This document shows, one piece after another, positions 16,042 through 32,675 of a stretch of DNA of 64,000 nucleotides; the stretch's first letter is position 1, and the number at the start of each line of letters is the position of its first letter. The position numbers were made by a program, and so were the translations under genes. The DNA comes from the human T2T-CHM13v2.0 reference genome, Homo sapiens. The stretch lies in NCBI RefSeq assembly GCF_009914755.1, contig NC_060930.1. The stretch is one strand, 5' to 3'. The notes under the pieces are model-generated. The model searched no databases and was not told where the DNA came from. It worked only from the letters and a program-made list of their open reading frames with translations.

Positions 16042-16107
16042 CTACAGAGAAATCTTTCATAAAAGGAAGAATCAATTGATGAAGCCAACTGATTTTAAAA
16101 AATTGCC

Positions 16108-16450
<343 letters not shown>

Positions 16451-16730
16451 TCAGGTTCATTAACATTGAGGCGGGCCACTCCACCAGCAAAAAGATTATG
16501 ACTCACTGAAGGCTCAGATGACTATCATCATTTTTTTTAGTGATAACATGTGTTATGATTAAGGTATCTACATTTTTGAGACATAACGTGCACTTAATAC
16601 ACTGCAGTATAGTATATAACTATTATATGCATAGGGCTGCTAAAGCGTTGCGTGATTTGCATTATTGTGGTATTCGCTTTATTGTGGTGGTTTGGAACCT
16701 ACCCCACAATATCTCTGAGGTATGCCTGTA

Positions 16731-17420
16731 TATTGCTGGCAGGAATGTAAAATTGCACAGTAGCTTTGCAAAAACAAGTTTGGCAGTTCTTCAAAAAGTT
16801 AAATATAGAGTTATACCATATGACTCACCAATTCTACCCACTGGTATATATCCATGATAAGCTCAAGAAAACATACCTCTATACATATATTTATACATGA
16901 ATGTTGATAGCAGCATTATTCATAAATATATTTATACATGAATGTTGATAGCAGCATTATTCATAATAGCCAAAGATGGAAAAAACCCAAATGTCTGTCA
17001 ATTGAAAGGGTAAACAAAATAGATATATGTATACATATTATTATATTATTCAGCCATAAAAAGAAATGAAGCCTGACAAATGCTACCTTGAACCATCATG
17101 AATGAACCTTTAAAACATTATGCTAAGTAAAAGAAGCAGCCACGAAAGACCACATATTGTATGGTTCATTTTGCATGAAATCCCCGAAATAGGAAAATCC
17201 AGAGACAGAAAATAAATCTGTGGTTGCCAGGGATTGTGGGAAGGAGGAAATGGAGAATAATTGCTAATGGGTATCACAGTTCCTTTTAGGGTGATGAAAA
17301 TCTTCTGGAGTTAGATAGTGGTGATAGTTGCACAGCTTCATCAATATACTAAGAACTACTGAATTGCATGCTTTAAAAGGATGAACATTATGGTATGTGA
17401 ATTGTATTTTACTAAAGGTG
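16731..17420 (+). mobile_element. L1M 3' end
   Basis: attgctggcaggaatgtaaaat...gcagcattattcataatagcc...ttatggtatgtgaattgtat. Confidence 0.8.
16885..16966. repeat. Perfect 41-bp tandem duplication
   Basis: atatatttatacatgaatgttgatagcagcattattcataa x2. Confidence 0.9.
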
Positions 17421-17434
17421 TTATTTTATTTATA

Positions 17435-17757
17435 TATTATTTATTTATTTATTTATTTTTATTTTTATTTTTATTTTTTGAGACGGAGTCTCGCCTGTCG
17501 CTCAGGATGGAGTGCAGTGGTGCAATCTCGGCTCATGGCAACTTTCGCCTCCAGGTTCAAGCGATTCTCCTGCCTCAGCCTCCTGAGTAGCCGGGTCTAC
17601 AGGCGTGCACCACCACGCCGGGCTAATTTTTGTATTTTTAGTAGAGACGAGGTTTCACCATGTTGGCCAGGCTAGTCTGGAGCTCCTGACCTCGTGATCT
17701 GCCTGCCTCGGCCTCCCAAAATGCTGGGATTACAGGCGTGAGCCACCGTACCCAACC
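17435..17757 (-). mobile_element. AluS
   Basis: Antisense dimer with (ttta)n tail. Confidence 0.88.
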
Positions 17758-17764
17758 TTAATAA

Positions 17765-17909
17765 GAACAAGCTAGGCACCTAGGGTGTCAAATTGAAGGA
17801 GGCTCTGATTCTCAGGGCCGCGCAAATGCAGGGTTGGCACCTATGCGTGTGGCCCTCCTGAAATTTTGTGCCTTAGGCACCTGGCTTGCTTCTCCCTAAT
17901 TCAGGCCCT
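17765..17909. mobile_element. MER96-like palindromic hAT MITE
   Basis: caagctaggcacctagggtgtcaaattgaaggagg ... cctcctgaaattttgtgccttaggcacctggcttg form inverted arms. Confidence 0.6.
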
Positions 17910-18469
17910 CAGGAGAAAGCTCTAATTCTGGTCAATTTGAAACAGGAGGGCACGGCTTCTGGGCGACGCTCCGTGCTCCAGAGAGAGCCATTTGTCTGTT
18001 CCCTTCCTCTGGACGTCACCGTGCCAACATGAAATGCTTCCAATTGAGTCCAGCCTGAGATGGAAGGGGGTGGGGGGATATCTGATGACATCACGAACTG
18101 CTGCATCAACTCCCCCGAGTCCCTGCCTCTGGATCCCCTGATAGAGGACACAAGGAGTGTCCTGAGCCCGTGTGACTCAGTGTCTCTTCCCATCACTTTG
18201 CGGGAAAATGGGGCTGCTTACACCACACCGCAGCCCAAACACCTGTGGCTAGAGAAGGGCTTGGGTACTAGGAGTGAGGACGCCTGGTTCTGGGCCCAGG
18301 ACTAGTACTAGTTAGTGGTGGGACCTGGAACAAATGCTTTGGTTCTAAGTGAATCCCCCATATTCATGACAAGAGGCGTGGAACACAGACCCATGGGGCC
18401 TTCCCACTGGAACAGGGAGCTTGGCTGTCACCCGACCTTCGCTTCCTTAAGTAGAAAAGCCCAGGGTTC

Positions 18470-19620
18470 CAGGCTCCGTCTCCTTTCCCGCAGACGCCTT
18501 GTTTCTTCGCGCGGAGGCCCTGGACGCCGCAGGCTCCCAACCTACTTCTCTGGGCTGTCAGGTTCTGAACCCGGTCCTGAAGAGGCCCTGGCGCCGGGGG
18601 TGGGTGAGGCCGAGCGCGCGCCTTGGGAACCTGGCCGGCCTCAGGCTGGCGGGAGCATTGGCGGACATCGCCCTGGGCGGGGCGGACTGGGGGTAGACGG
18701 ATCTGCCTCTGCGCCTAGCCCTGCCCTCCGCCGCCGCGCGAACGCGCGCGCCTCCCCGGCTAGTCCCGGCAGGCGGAGCCCCAGTTAGACTGCTCGTCAA
18801 GTGTGGGAAAAGCTCCGTGGCGTCACAAGCTACTATATAAAAGGCGGTGCCCGCCGGGGCCGAGTGGGAGTCCGCGGCGAGCGCAGCAGCAGGGCCCGGT
18901 CCTGCGCCTCGGGAGTCGGCGTCCAGGCTCGGAGCGCGACACGGAGACTAGGTGGCAGGTGAGGACGTCCCCGCGCACGGCCGGGGTGGAGCACGGGAGT
19001 GGCGAGCTTCAGGTCCACCGGCTGCCACCGAAAGATGGGACCTGAAGACAGGAGAGGTCGCTCAGCCAAGAGCCCCGGGGAGGCGGTGGTGTCTCGGCGG
19101 GGTCAGCAACGGTCTGTGGGGGGTCCCCTGCAGCGCGCAGCCGGTTTCCGCCTCCGCAGCTCCCAGCCAGCGCGGACGCCGCCCTCCCCGGCGCCTCCTC
19201 GCTGCCCTTCCCTGGCCGAAGCCCTCCCCTGCAGCCTCCTCCCCACCTGCCGGCCCTGTGTTCTCACTGCTCCTCTCTGCTCTGGGATCCGCAGGATGAC
19301 GTCTGTCCTGGTTCTTCTTCTGTCTTTCAAAGTCACTAGTCTCCAGTTCTAAATCCGAGCACTCTTACCCATTCTAATTCTTTCAGTAACTCAGCGAAAC
19401 GGATGGGGCCCTTCCTTCCCCGGAGCACTCCTCCAGGGACTGAGAATCTGCAGAGCCAGGCTCAGCGCTCGCCTGCAGAGCCTGCGGTCTGTGGGACCCG
19501 CCAGCAAGATGAGGAATCACTTTCGGGAGGAAGGGTCGTGCTGGGGAGGGTCGCGCCGGCGGGGTCAAGAGAACCTCCTCTAGGGTGGGAATCAGAGCCT
19601 CCGGGCCGCGGTGTTTGAGG
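18470..19620 (+). promoter_or_regulatory. RIPK1: Distal RIPK1 CpG-island promoter with TATA box
   Basis: GC boxes gggcggggcgg (18675), CRE-like TGGCGTCA (18818), TATATAAAA (18834-18842). Confidence 0.75.
18864..18958 (+). other. RIPK1: RIPK1 alternative non-coding first exon (1A); start approximate
   Basis: Begins ~30 nt after TATA, ends at strong donor CAG|GTGAGG. Confidence 0.72.
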
Positions 19621-19859
19621 GTGAGTGGAATTAATCCCGTGATGGACGTGGGGCCTTCTAAGGGGGACCAGGAGTTTGCGAAGAGGTGACTTTGGGAGGG
19701 GTTCAGGATGGCCAGAGGTGGAGGCTGTGACCTCAGTGAGGCTGGATCAAGGGAGGGGCAGGTGGAGAAGAAACCGTTTTAACGAGGTGGCTTTAAGCGG
19801 ATCCTAAGGGCCCCAGGAGATTTAGGAGGAAGGACAAGAGGATTAAGACACCGCTTTCT

Positions 19860-20481
<622 letters not shown>

Positions 20482-20929
20482 TCACCTGGAGGAGTCAGGG
20501 TCTCATTTCCAAGTGCACTGGGAACTGCAGCCTGGGGGTGGGGGTTCATTTGGTTTCAGGCCTGTGGCCAAGAGACCTACCCCCTCATATTCACACTTTG
20601 GCCTCCACGGGCTTCAGAGATAGTACCAGCTCTTTGTTCTCGCTGGTTTTCTTTCCTCACCTTGGGCTGTTTCTTGCCTTTTCCATTCTGGTGTTCTGCA
20701 AGGACCAGTTCCTTCATCTCATGCACAGTCTACACTCATGGCTTTTGCTGGGAGTAATGAGTAAAGCTCCCAAATAGATGTTTCTGAGTTAAAACACTGA
20801 ACACAAAATGAAGCAAAAACAACGCATTTCCAACCTCCCAAGGTCACATGATGTCTAGAGGACAGTGATGGGCAATAACTTTTTGTCTTCCCCATTAGAA
20901 TGCAAGCTCCACGAATGGAACGTGGAGTT

Positions 20930-21222
20930 TTTTATTTTTTATTGTTTTTTGAGACGGAGTCTGGCTCTGTCACCCAGGCTGGAGCAATCTTGGCTCACTG
21001 CAACCTCCGCCTTCTGGGTTCAAGCAATTCTCCCGCCTCAGCCTCCTGAGTAGCTGGGTCTACAGGCATGCACCACCACGCCCAGCTAATTTTTGTATTT
21101 TTAGTAGAGACGAGGTTTCATCATGTTTGCCAGGCTGGTCCGGAACCCCTGAGCTCAGGCAATCCGCCCGACTTGGCCTCCCAAAGTGCTAGGATTACAG
21201 GTGTGAGCCACTACACACGGCC
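20930..21222 (-). mobile_element. AluS
   Basis: Antisense dimer. Confidence 0.85.
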
Positions 21223-21439
21223 AGAACATAGAGATTTTTTGTGTTTAATTCACAACCGAGTCTTCAGTGCCTAGAACAGGTGCTCAGTAAATATTTACTG
21301 AAGGAATGAATTCCTTTTTGTATTTCTTGTATCTATCACCAGATGCTCTTGTATCTAGTACCTGCTTGGCATACAGTAGATAGAAAGCTTTGCTGAGTGA
21401 ATAGCTCTGCCTTTCGTCTTTTTTGATATGTGTACATCT

Positions 21440-22973
<1,534 letters not shown>

Positions 22974-23139
22974 TAATATACATGAATAGCATGCAGTTCC
23001 AACTTTGCTCGAGACTTCACAATTACCATTTTAAAGGGCTGCAAAATAATCACATTTCCTCCTCAACAGCCCCACTTTACAGATGAAGGTAGAGGAATGC
23101 TAACTTGCCTATGCTAACCCGCAGAGCTCTGAATCCTCC

Positions 23140-24030
23140 GGATAGCGCCCCCGCTGTAATCCACCCAGTGCTTCCCTCCAGACCCTTCTCCCTCTCGTGC
23201 GCGCGGAGGTTTCGGTTTCCTCTTTTACGTAGGCCGCCCCACTCGCTTGAAAACAAAGTCCGCGATCCTCTAGCCCGCAAGAGAGCTCCGGGACTCAGAC
23301 CCCGGGCGCGAGGTCCCACGAGCGGCGGGGCGGCGCTCTCGCGGTCCTCCTCCCCGGCAAGGGCCGGGGCAGGGGGAGGAGGCAGCGCGAACAGTCCACG
23401 CCCTCCAGCCGGGCGCGCTCGACGCGGACGGCGGGCCAGCTGCCGGAGCGCGGCGACTCCAGGGGACCCACAGCTGGGGCGCCAGAGCGCGGCCATCCGG
23501 GCGGGGCCGACGGAGCGCGGCAGGACTTGGCTGGACGGCGCGGCCACGGAGAAGGGCGCGGTGAGCGGACTGGCACCGCGCGGGGAACATTCCGGAGGCC
23601 GCCGGGCTCAGTCCCGGTGACCCCCCTGGTCGGGGTTCGCGCGCCCTCCCCCAGCACGCCCGGGCAAGGCTGCCGCGGCGTCGGAGTAATCCCCAACCCT
23701 CCGCCGCCGCTTCTTCCCTCACCCGGGCCTCCAGACGTTTGCCGCGGAAACGAAAGTAACGCTCGGGTGCTTGCGTGGAGGCCGGGGCGGCCGCGGGCTT
23801 CCCGGAAGGAGAGGGACTCTGCCCGGGGTGCGCGCGGCGGGCGGGCCCCGCCGGTACCGGAAGTCGGGCGGTGGGCGGGGCCGCGGGCGCTCCCGGAAGT
23901 CAGGGGTGCTCCGCTAGGTGTCTCTGCTTATCCGGAGTCCGCTGGCCGCCTCTGTGCCAGAGGTCGGGGCGCTGGACTGGTAGCGGGCGGAGACCTGCCT
24001 TTGGGCCGCGGTTACCGCGTGAGGGTGGAA
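23140..24030 (+). promoter_or_regulatory. RIPK1: Proximal RIPK1 CpG-island promoter (TATA-less, GC boxes, ETS CCGGAAG sites)
   Basis: Very high CpG density; ggcggggcgg; accggaagt and cccggaagt at ~23857 and ~23892. Confidence 0.8.
23390..23560 (+). other. RIPK1: RIPK1 non-coding first exon (1B); start approximate
   Basis: Ends at donor GCG|GTGAGC within the CpG island. Confidence 0.7.
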
Positions 24031-24629
24031 TAGGCAGTCCCACACGCCATTAATGTTGTTTTGGTGGAGAAGGTGGGCTCCTAGTGCCCTATCATTAAGA
24101 AAAAACAGTTTGGGCTCTTCCCTTACCAGCCCTTTGAAAGGGCCTTTTACTGTTGCGCTTGAGGCCGCAGCAGGTTCCAAAAACAAAAGCATTTCTGCGT
24201 GATCTTAGACGACTGAGGGGACGAATGTGGTAACCCTAGCAGGCTTCTGTCACTGGCAGGTGCTTTTGTGAAGTGCTGCGGACCCTCTTGAGGGTTGGGA
24301 AGAGGATAGGCTGCATCCTCCTTCCCTAAGCATTTGACAAAGCCTCACAGGGATGCGGGGGTTGCGGGGGCAGGGGGAGGTCTGGGGTTGTTAGTTCTTT
24401 CTCTCTTGCTGACCATTTGGCTCTCCCTTAATCAGAGCTCTTTTTTATTTTGGGCAAAGCAGGAGGCTGTTCCAATGATTAATTCTTCCCTGACTTACAC
24501 TTGAAGAAGCCAAGGCAGGAAGTGAACTTTGAAATGTGCAATGTCTTAGTACTCATCTGCATTCTGTGACTGCTAGGAAGATGGACTGAGTCAAGAGGAA
24601 ATTGTCTTGTTAGAAATGTGGAATACTGC

Positions 24630-24927
24630 GTCGGGCACGGTGGCTCACTCCTGTAATCCGAGCACTTCGGAGGCCGAGGTGGGAGGATCACCTGAGGTCA
24701 GGAGTTCGAGACCAGCCTGGCCAACATGGCAAAACCCTGTCTCTACTAAAAATACAAAAATTAGCCAGGTGTGGTGGCGGGTCCCTGTAATCCCAGCTAC
24801 GCGGGAGGCTGAGGCAGGAGAATGGCTTGAACCCAGGAGGCGGTAGTTGCAGTGAGCCGAGATTGCCACTTACACTCTATCCTGGGCGACAGAGGGAGAC
24901 TCTGTATCAAAAAAAAAAATAAATAAA
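24630..24927 (+). mobile_element. AluS
   Basis: Dimer; TSD agaaatgtggaatactgc / agaaatggggaatactgc. Confidence 0.9.
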
Positions 24928-25342
24928 GAAATGGGGAATACTGCAGCTCTTCTATTCACAAAAAGTGAAGACTAGGCTTGTTTAAAATGAAATTTGGAGT
25001 GTATCATTATTACTGATAAAATAGCAAAAATGATAACTTTTAATACTCATTTTCCTCTGTCTGAACTATACTGAGCCTCAGAGATATGTTGTACTTTCTG
25101 GAATGTGAATATTAATGAGTATTAAGAAAAGCTCTTAAACAGCCTCTTTCAAACTGGGCAGCTTACTTTTTGGTGCTTATTAATCTATAACGTGTTAACA
25201 TCCATATGATCTGGGAATTTGAAGAAAATACTTAATTTCCCATGCTTTAGTTGGATATTACATTCTGGCAAAAAAGGTTGACTGTATTAATCTGTAGAAC
25301 ATTGATTTTGAACCATATATTTCAAAAATACATGAGCCGTGT

Positions 25343-25630
25343 ATTTTTATTTTTGAGACAGAGTCTTGCTCTGTCACCCAGGCTGGAGTGCAGTGGCGCG
25401 ATCGCGGCTTAATGTAACCTTCGCCTCCCGGGTTCAAGCAGTTCTCCTGCCTCAGCCTCCCAAGAAGCTGGGATTGTAGGCATGCACTACCATGCCTGGC
25501 TAATTTTTGTATTTTTAGTAGAGACAGGGCTTCACCACGTTGGCCAATCTGGTCTCAAACTCTTGGCAATCTGCCCTCCTTGGCCTCCCAAAGTGCTGGG
25601 ATTACAGGCATGAGCCCCTGCACCTCACCT
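25343..25630 (-). mobile_element. AluS
   Basis: Antisense dimer. Confidence 0.85.
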
Positions 25631-27992
25631 TCCTGTATTTAAAAAGTTTATTCTGTACTTTCTCCGTGTTTCTGACTGTCGCACATTTATTTAATATAGA
25701 TGAGTAAGGCTGTAAGGGTGGGTCTTTGCATCTGGATTTTTCCGAAGACAGATTATTTGCTATCTAGAGAAGTAGCATGTATTAGTGAGCCAATAGTGAA
25801 AGTTTGAATGAAGGGACAAATATTTCATTCCAGGATCCTACCACTTTAGGTGAATCACTTAGCTCCAAATCTTAGTTTCTTTATTTGCAAATTGAAATCA
25901 TGATAAAATTTGCTTCAGGGGTTATGATGCTTGTTTAAACTCTGTTTCAATTCTTGTCTCTTGCTGGTCCTTAAGTCTCTTCCTTGCTCAGAGCTTTTGT
26001 TTATCCAGGCAAAGCATCAGGCTGCTGTAATCAAGGAAGTTGGAGAAATCCTCTGGTCACTTGGATAGCTGAGCAAAATCAGAATTCTGTTAGTGGGAAG
26101 AAAGGGGGCAATGGCAGGTGGGCAACCAGCATTTTCTGCCATTCTCTTGTTATGTGTGGTCATCATAGAAAAATGGGGAAAAAGTTAATTAGAATATTTT
26201 GATATGTATACTTACCCTGCCTTAGAAGGTAATCGTGAAATTCCTTGAGATTTCACATTAATTTCAATAGAAACAAATTCACTGTCCTGAGTCCCTGAAT
26301 TAATATTTATGCAAAACATTTACAAATTCCTTCAAATGGACGTAATTATTAGTTAAAATTATTTGCTATAACAGGCCAGCATGTCTTTGTCACTCTGTGT
26401 CATGGCTTTGTAATAATATGGTTATGCAGTATGGCCATATAAGCTGCCTAAATTCACTGTTTTTGTATATCCTTCAACTACTCACAAGGCCTTCCTAAGA
26501 TATTCAGTGCTCATAAAGTTGAATCTTTCATGTGGAAAAAAGAGGGGTGGATAGGAAAAACAAAAGAAATCACTGAACACCATGCAGAAGATGCAGAAGA
26601 TTAACAGACTAAACTAGCAAACCGCAAGACTGTAAGGAGAACTGACTTGGGTCAGGAGCTAAGCTCCCAAAGTCCAGTGGACCCAACTAGAGGCCTTCCC
26701 AAACTCCACCGCACACAGCAGCACCTGCAGGTCCTAGTTGGTCTTGACAAATTTGAGGAGATGTGGCTGAGACTGAAGAAGAGATACCAAATAGGACTCC
26801 TCATAAAGTAGAAACCTTTTACTCAAAAGGGCATTTTTCAGGGCATGTTGTAGTTCCTGCCTGTTTCTTTACTGTCTGTGACCTTTTTTAAATATTATTA
26901 AACATTCTTTCACAACATCGCTTTTGCAAACTGCTAGATATATTTCAGTGTTGATGGGCATAACTGATTCTCTCCTCTGTACATGCTAAGTGTTTTACCT
27001 ACTTTTGCTGTTCTATGTAATGCTACCAGGAACAGCTTTGCACATAATCTTTATCAGCATCTCTGATTTGATCCCTCAGAGTAAAGAAATACTGAGTCAA
27101 GGAATTATTCCTTTCAAAAAAATAATTTTAATTTTACATTTAATTCATGTCTATTGTGGAAAATTTGGAAAACATAGTAAAAGTGTAAAGAAGAAAGTAA
27201 AAATCAACCTATCATCAAGATACAATCCTTGTTAACATTTTGGTGTCTTTATGTCTTTTTTATCTGTACTTATATCTTTATCTATTTACATATATATATA
27301 TATAAAACACACACAAATGTGAATATAATTTTTACAGATTTATTCGTCAAAAACAATTTTGAATGGCTATATAATATTCTGTTAGGAGTGTGCCGTAATT
27401 CATTTAACAATATTTTTATTTTTATTTTTTTGGACAATTAAATAGTTCTCTTTTTAAAATAGTTATTCAATTGATGATGGGCCGGCATACGTTGGGTTCT
27501 GCTAGGCTCTGGAGATGGTGCACAAGACAAGTTTCCTGCCTTCTGTGAACTTCATGAGAAATAATTCTCAATTACAGTACTGTCTTACCTATGGAAGTGT
27601 CTAATGGGAAGACTTAGGATGGCTTCCTTGACAAAATGACAGTTCTCTGACACCTAACCAGGCAAGAAGTTGGAAGAATATGGCCTAAGAGGGTGGGGCG
27701 GATGACCCTTATGGAATGGGGAAGGCTTCACAGTTCTGCCTGCTCCAGTGATGTGTAGTGAATGAAAAAGGAGGCCTAAAATCAATGTTATCTTTTATGC
27801 CCTCTGTCTCCACCCGCTCCTACCTCATTCTCACTAGGATTGGTCAGTAGGGCCCTGCTGACAGAGTGATCCCAGCTGAGAATGTTGGCATTCTCAAAGC
27901 CCAAGGAAACAACACCCGTGTGGATAAACACATGTGGGCGGCTGGGCCAACCATAGCTAGAGACATAAAGCAGGCAACAAACGTGTTTTCAC

Positions 27993-28215
27993 AAATATAT
28001 ACATATGTACATATATACGCATATACAAATATATACATATACGTATATACACATAGACAAATATAGCTATATATCTACATATACAATATATGCATACACA
28101 CATACAAATATGTGTATATATACACACATATACATTTTTATATCATATATTATATATTACATATATACATATACAAATATATGTATATTTATACGTATAC
28201 ATACATGAACGTATA
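27993..28215. repeat. Degenerate (TA/CA)n low-complexity tract
   Basis: atatatacatatgtacatatatacgcatatac... alternating purine-pyrimidine. Confidence 0.85.
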
Positions 28216-28224
28216 CTTTTTTTT

Positions 28225-28350
28225 TCTCATAATCCTTACCACTTCTGTGAGGTGGTCATTATTGTTTCACTTTGCAGATGAGGAAACTGAGGCATAAGTA
28301 AGTGCCCCAAGGTCACAGGTTGGTGAGTCACAGAGCTAGAGTTCACGCTC
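28225..28350. mobile_element. MIR fragment
   Basis: ttgcagatgaggaaactgaggcata...cccaaggtcaca core. Confidence 0.75.
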
Positions 28351-28729
28351 ATAGTGGAGGGCCCGTGCTCTCGGAGCTATGGCTCCTGGTCTCTTACCTC
28401 ACGCGTGTGCCTCACCCCACCCCTCAGTCTTCAGGCCTTCATCTAGGCAGCCCCCCGCCTCCACCCACTGCCCACGTCCCACCGATGTAGTTGTTTCCTG
28501 AGGCACTTCTCTTGTTTGGTAATGTCTTATGTCCTAGGAAAGAAGGCCCATAGGTGCTGCTGTATGAGCTTCCTCCGCTAGACAGAGCTGGCCCCAGCCT
28601 TTAGATGAGGTGTAGAAGGCTGGTTACCCGGGTCACCTGTAGCCGGCCACTGTGCAACACCATGGGCAGCCTAGGAGTTTCTAGAGTCCCCTCTCCCCAA
28701 GGTATTTCTTTTTTCATTTTTTAACTCCC

Positions 28730-30180
28730 TGCCCTCCAACATTTTATTATGAAAAACACCAAGTCTGAAGGTTACGTCCACCACGACTATCGTCTTAACA
28801 CCGCTTGCTTCATCGTGTAATTCTCCATCTCCTTTCCCGTCATCTGTCCGTCATTGTCTGACTTTTTGATGTATTTCCAAGTACACATCAGTACACATCT
28901 CGAAATACTTCAGCATGCATACCATAGCTAGAGTTCAATATGTTTACAGGTTTGTCTTTTGATGTAAAATTTACCTGCTGTTGTTGGGAGTACATCTGCT
29001 GAGTATGGGCAGATGCGTATGCCTGCAACCCTAGCCCCCGTTGATATCCTACAACATTATCATCACCCCAGAAAGTTCCTTCATGCCCCTGCCCACTCAG
29101 CCTCACCGTGCTCACAGGCGGCCAGTGTTCTTTTTCTGACACAGATTGGTTTTGACTTCTGAACCGTCATATAAATAGAATTACATAGTATGTATGCTTT
29201 TGTATAAGGCGACTTTCACTTATCACGTTTTTGCATTTCGTTCATGCGGTTTTCATTCATGTGTATCAGTAGTTCATTTTTATTGCTGAGTAGTATCCCA
29301 TCGTGTTCATACACCAGTGTGTTCACTCATTCTCTTACTGATGGGCAGCTGTTTCCAGTTTGGAGCTATTATAAATAAAGTTGCTATGAACATTTTACAA
29401 GTGTTTTCCAACATACGTTTTCATTTCTCTTGGGATTGGAATTGCTGGGTCATAGTGCAGGTGTTTGTGGTTTTATAAACAAAATAAATGCCTATGAAAT
29501 TTCAATGAATATTTTATGCCCCAGAAAGAGTATTTTTCATGGTCTGTATCTGGATGTAGATATTTATTATTTTATTTTATTTTAATTTTTTTGAGACAGA
29601 GTCTTACTTTGTTGCCCAAGCTGGAGTGCAGTGGCATGCGATCTCGGCTCACTGCAACCTCCGCCTCCCAAATTTAAGCAATTCTCCTGCCTCAGCCTCC
29701 TGAGTAGCTGGGATTAGAGGCGCGTGCCACCACGCCTGGCTGATTTTTGTATTTTTAGTAGAGACGGGGTTTCACCATGTTGGCCAGGCTGGTCTTGAAC
29801 TCCTGACCTCGTGATCCGCCCGCCTCAGCCTCCCAAAGTGCTGGGATTACAGACGTGAGCCACGGCGCCCAGCCGGGATGTGGGTATTTCTGGAATACAA
29901 AACATCCATAGCCCTCCTTTTACTCTCAAAGCAAAACACAGACACGCACATTCACATGCACACACCAGTGTGTCCGTGTCCTGTTGGTTTGCATGGAGTT
30001 TCTGTTTTGCCACGAAGCTTTTTGCCAGCCCTTTTCCCAAAGTGTTTGTACCATTTTATACTCCCACCAGTGATGTTTGAGAGGTCTGGTTGCTTCACAT
30101 GTTTGCCAGTGTTTGGTGTATTAGTCTTTTTAGTTTTGGATATCCTGGTAGTTGTGTAGTGGTGTCTCCTTGTGGTTCTC
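28730..30180 (-). mobile_element. L1ME-type relic, split by an Alu
   Basis: tattgctgagtagtatcccatcgtg...gttgctatgaacatt; ccattttatactcccaccag. Confidence 0.65.
29565..29875 (-). mobile_element. AluS
   Basis: Antisense dimer. Confidence 0.9.
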
Positions 30181-31214
30181 CATGGGTTTTTATTCTATAT
30201 TTCAGTTTGGGGAGAATGAATGAATGGAAGAAAAGAAGGGAGGAAGGATGAAGCAAATAGCTGTGCTTTGAGATCTGACACTGTATACTTCACAGCCCTG
30301 ATGGACATTCTCCAAATTCTACTCCTTTTTCACATTTTCTTCTTAGAGTTTGCATTGTCCTTTTTATATTCTTCAGATTCCTTCTTTTGTTCATAATTAC
30401 TTAAACCTATTCATTTTCTAATGCCTTTCAGTTGTTAATTTACTGAAGTTCTTTGGTGCTTACTAGTGCTGCTTGCTGTAGCTGCAGGGTCTGTCTCACA
30501 GTGAATTTTTTCTTTTGTGTTTTATAATTTTGGAAAGGGAGCTCATGTTAAATTTGTATTTGTAGGAATTCTGTCTGGCCTGGCTTGAGGTTGTTGTTTG
30601 CTTTAGCCTATAACCTCAGGATGGCATCAGCCTGTGACCACTTCCTGTGTAAAAGTTCATAGTTTAGGCGATCCTCTCAATTCAAAGTCTGTATCTATTT
30701 CAAGACAGGCCCAAGGTTATAAATTTGCACAAACTTTTTTTTTTTTTTTAATACCTTGTGCCCAGTCCAAGACAAATATGTTTGTTTGCCATGGGCTGCT
30801 TTTTTTCTAGTTCATCCTTTCATCAAAGGGTTGCACATTGAGCAGTGCCGTGTTAAGGGGGGATTCTTCATTCTACCTTCTTTTCTTGTATTCCTTGACC
30901 TCAGCTGGGCTTTAAACCTTGACTTCTGGATGGCGAGGTTGGCACTCCCCTGTGTGAGCTACTGCCTGCCTCCGGTGCTCTGTTTCTGTCCCTAAAGTTC
31001 TTTTCCTTTCCACGGAGTTTTGGTATGCATTTCAATGAATGTTTGTATTATGTTGTCCAACATACTTGTGTCCTTTATAGCTGGAGGGTTCTTAAAATTT
31101 TCTAATGCTCCATATTGCCAGAAATAAAAAGGCTGAGGGAATAAATATTATAGTCTTCTCTGATTCTTAAAAATATGAAAAATAGCTCATCAGATGACTG
31201 TAAGTCTATCCTCA

Positions 31215-31627
<413 letters not shown>

Positions 31628-31720
31628 TGCCCTGAGGTTTTCTCTCTGTTTTCTTTACAGGGTACAGCTCTGCCGGGGGGGGAAAAAGTGGTACCATTTT
31701 GGGCGTTCTTGAGCTTCAGA

Positions 31721-31884
31721 ATGCAACCAGACATGTCCTTGAATGTCATTAAGATGAAATCCAGTGACTTCCTGGAGAGTGCAGAACTGGACAGCGGAGG
31801 CTTCGGGAAGGTGTCTCTGTGTTTCCACAGAACCCAGGGACTCATGATCATGAAAACAGTGTACAAGGGGCCCAACTGCATTGA
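31721..31884 (+). CDS. RIPK1: RIPK1 exon 2 coding part (exon starts 31661); kinase N-lobe, S25, K45
   Basis: [55 protein letters not shown]; tttacag| acceptor, |gtgagt donor; 164 nt. Confidence 0.98.
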
Positions 31885-32675
31885 GTGAGTAGGGAGCAGG
31901 GGTGGGTGGGCTAAGTTCTGAGCGGGATGGGGACGTTGGCTGTTGTGGAGCCGTTGGCTGCTGCGGAGCCGTTGGTGGGTAGAGTGAGAGGGAGCCTGCC
32001 AAGATGTCAGGGTGACGATGGCTCTTCGGATTGTTATTGTCGCTGATGTGGACTCTGAGACTGGGTAGTGAAGGACTCTCACAGCTGGTAAGTAACAGAA
32101 GAGACATGAACAAGAAGGAAATAGAGAAAGACAAAGAGATAAGTGTGGTGGGGGGACAATGAAAAGGAAACAGGAGGATGGGTGAAGACAGACCTATTCA
32201 CTCGCTTCACATTTTCAGTGAGGACCAGCCCTAAGTATAAAAATGAAAAGGCAGTTCATTCCTGAGAGGTTCTGAGAGCCTTCCCTTTAAAGCAACCAGT
32301 AGAGTGGTTTCACCTCTCTCCCTCCTTTGTCAGAGTGGTTTTGAGAGAGGCTGTTTTTTTTTTTTTTAATCGTTCTGTCCAGCACGGTCTTTTTTCAGGT
32401 TACCTTGCTGCTGTTCATGTACTTTTCATTCATTGATTCATTCATTCCTTCATTGATTTACATTTTTGGAGCATGCACTGCCAGTTACTGGGCAGGAGTA
32501 CTGTGAGGAAGTGAGAAACCGCTCTGCCTTCTAACGCTTCTGGCCTGTGCCTGGAAGAGATCGGTACAGACCCAAGCATGACCCCAGCACGTGGGAGTGA
32601 TGTGTTGGAGGTGTGCACCAGGCTCTTGAGGCGCTGGCTCTGCCAGCCTCAGCATAGCACCTTTCCTGCCCACAG

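Noticed and set aside
23143-23160. CTCF-like motif (also at ~8515)
   Set aside because: Spacing is one base off the core consensus; unsupported without a PWM scan or ChIP data.
23077-24053. Multiple 130-170 aa ORFs on both strands
   Set aside because: Expected stop-codon depletion in a CpG island; only the frame continuous with RIPK1 is kept as a finding.
27993-28297. Tyr/Ile/His/Thr-rich ORFs
   Set aside because: Translation artefacts of a TA/CA low-complexity tract.
31935-31976. 18-bp imperfect repeat (gttggctgYtgYggagcc) in intron 2
   Set aside because: Only ~2.3 copies; an ordinary local duplication.
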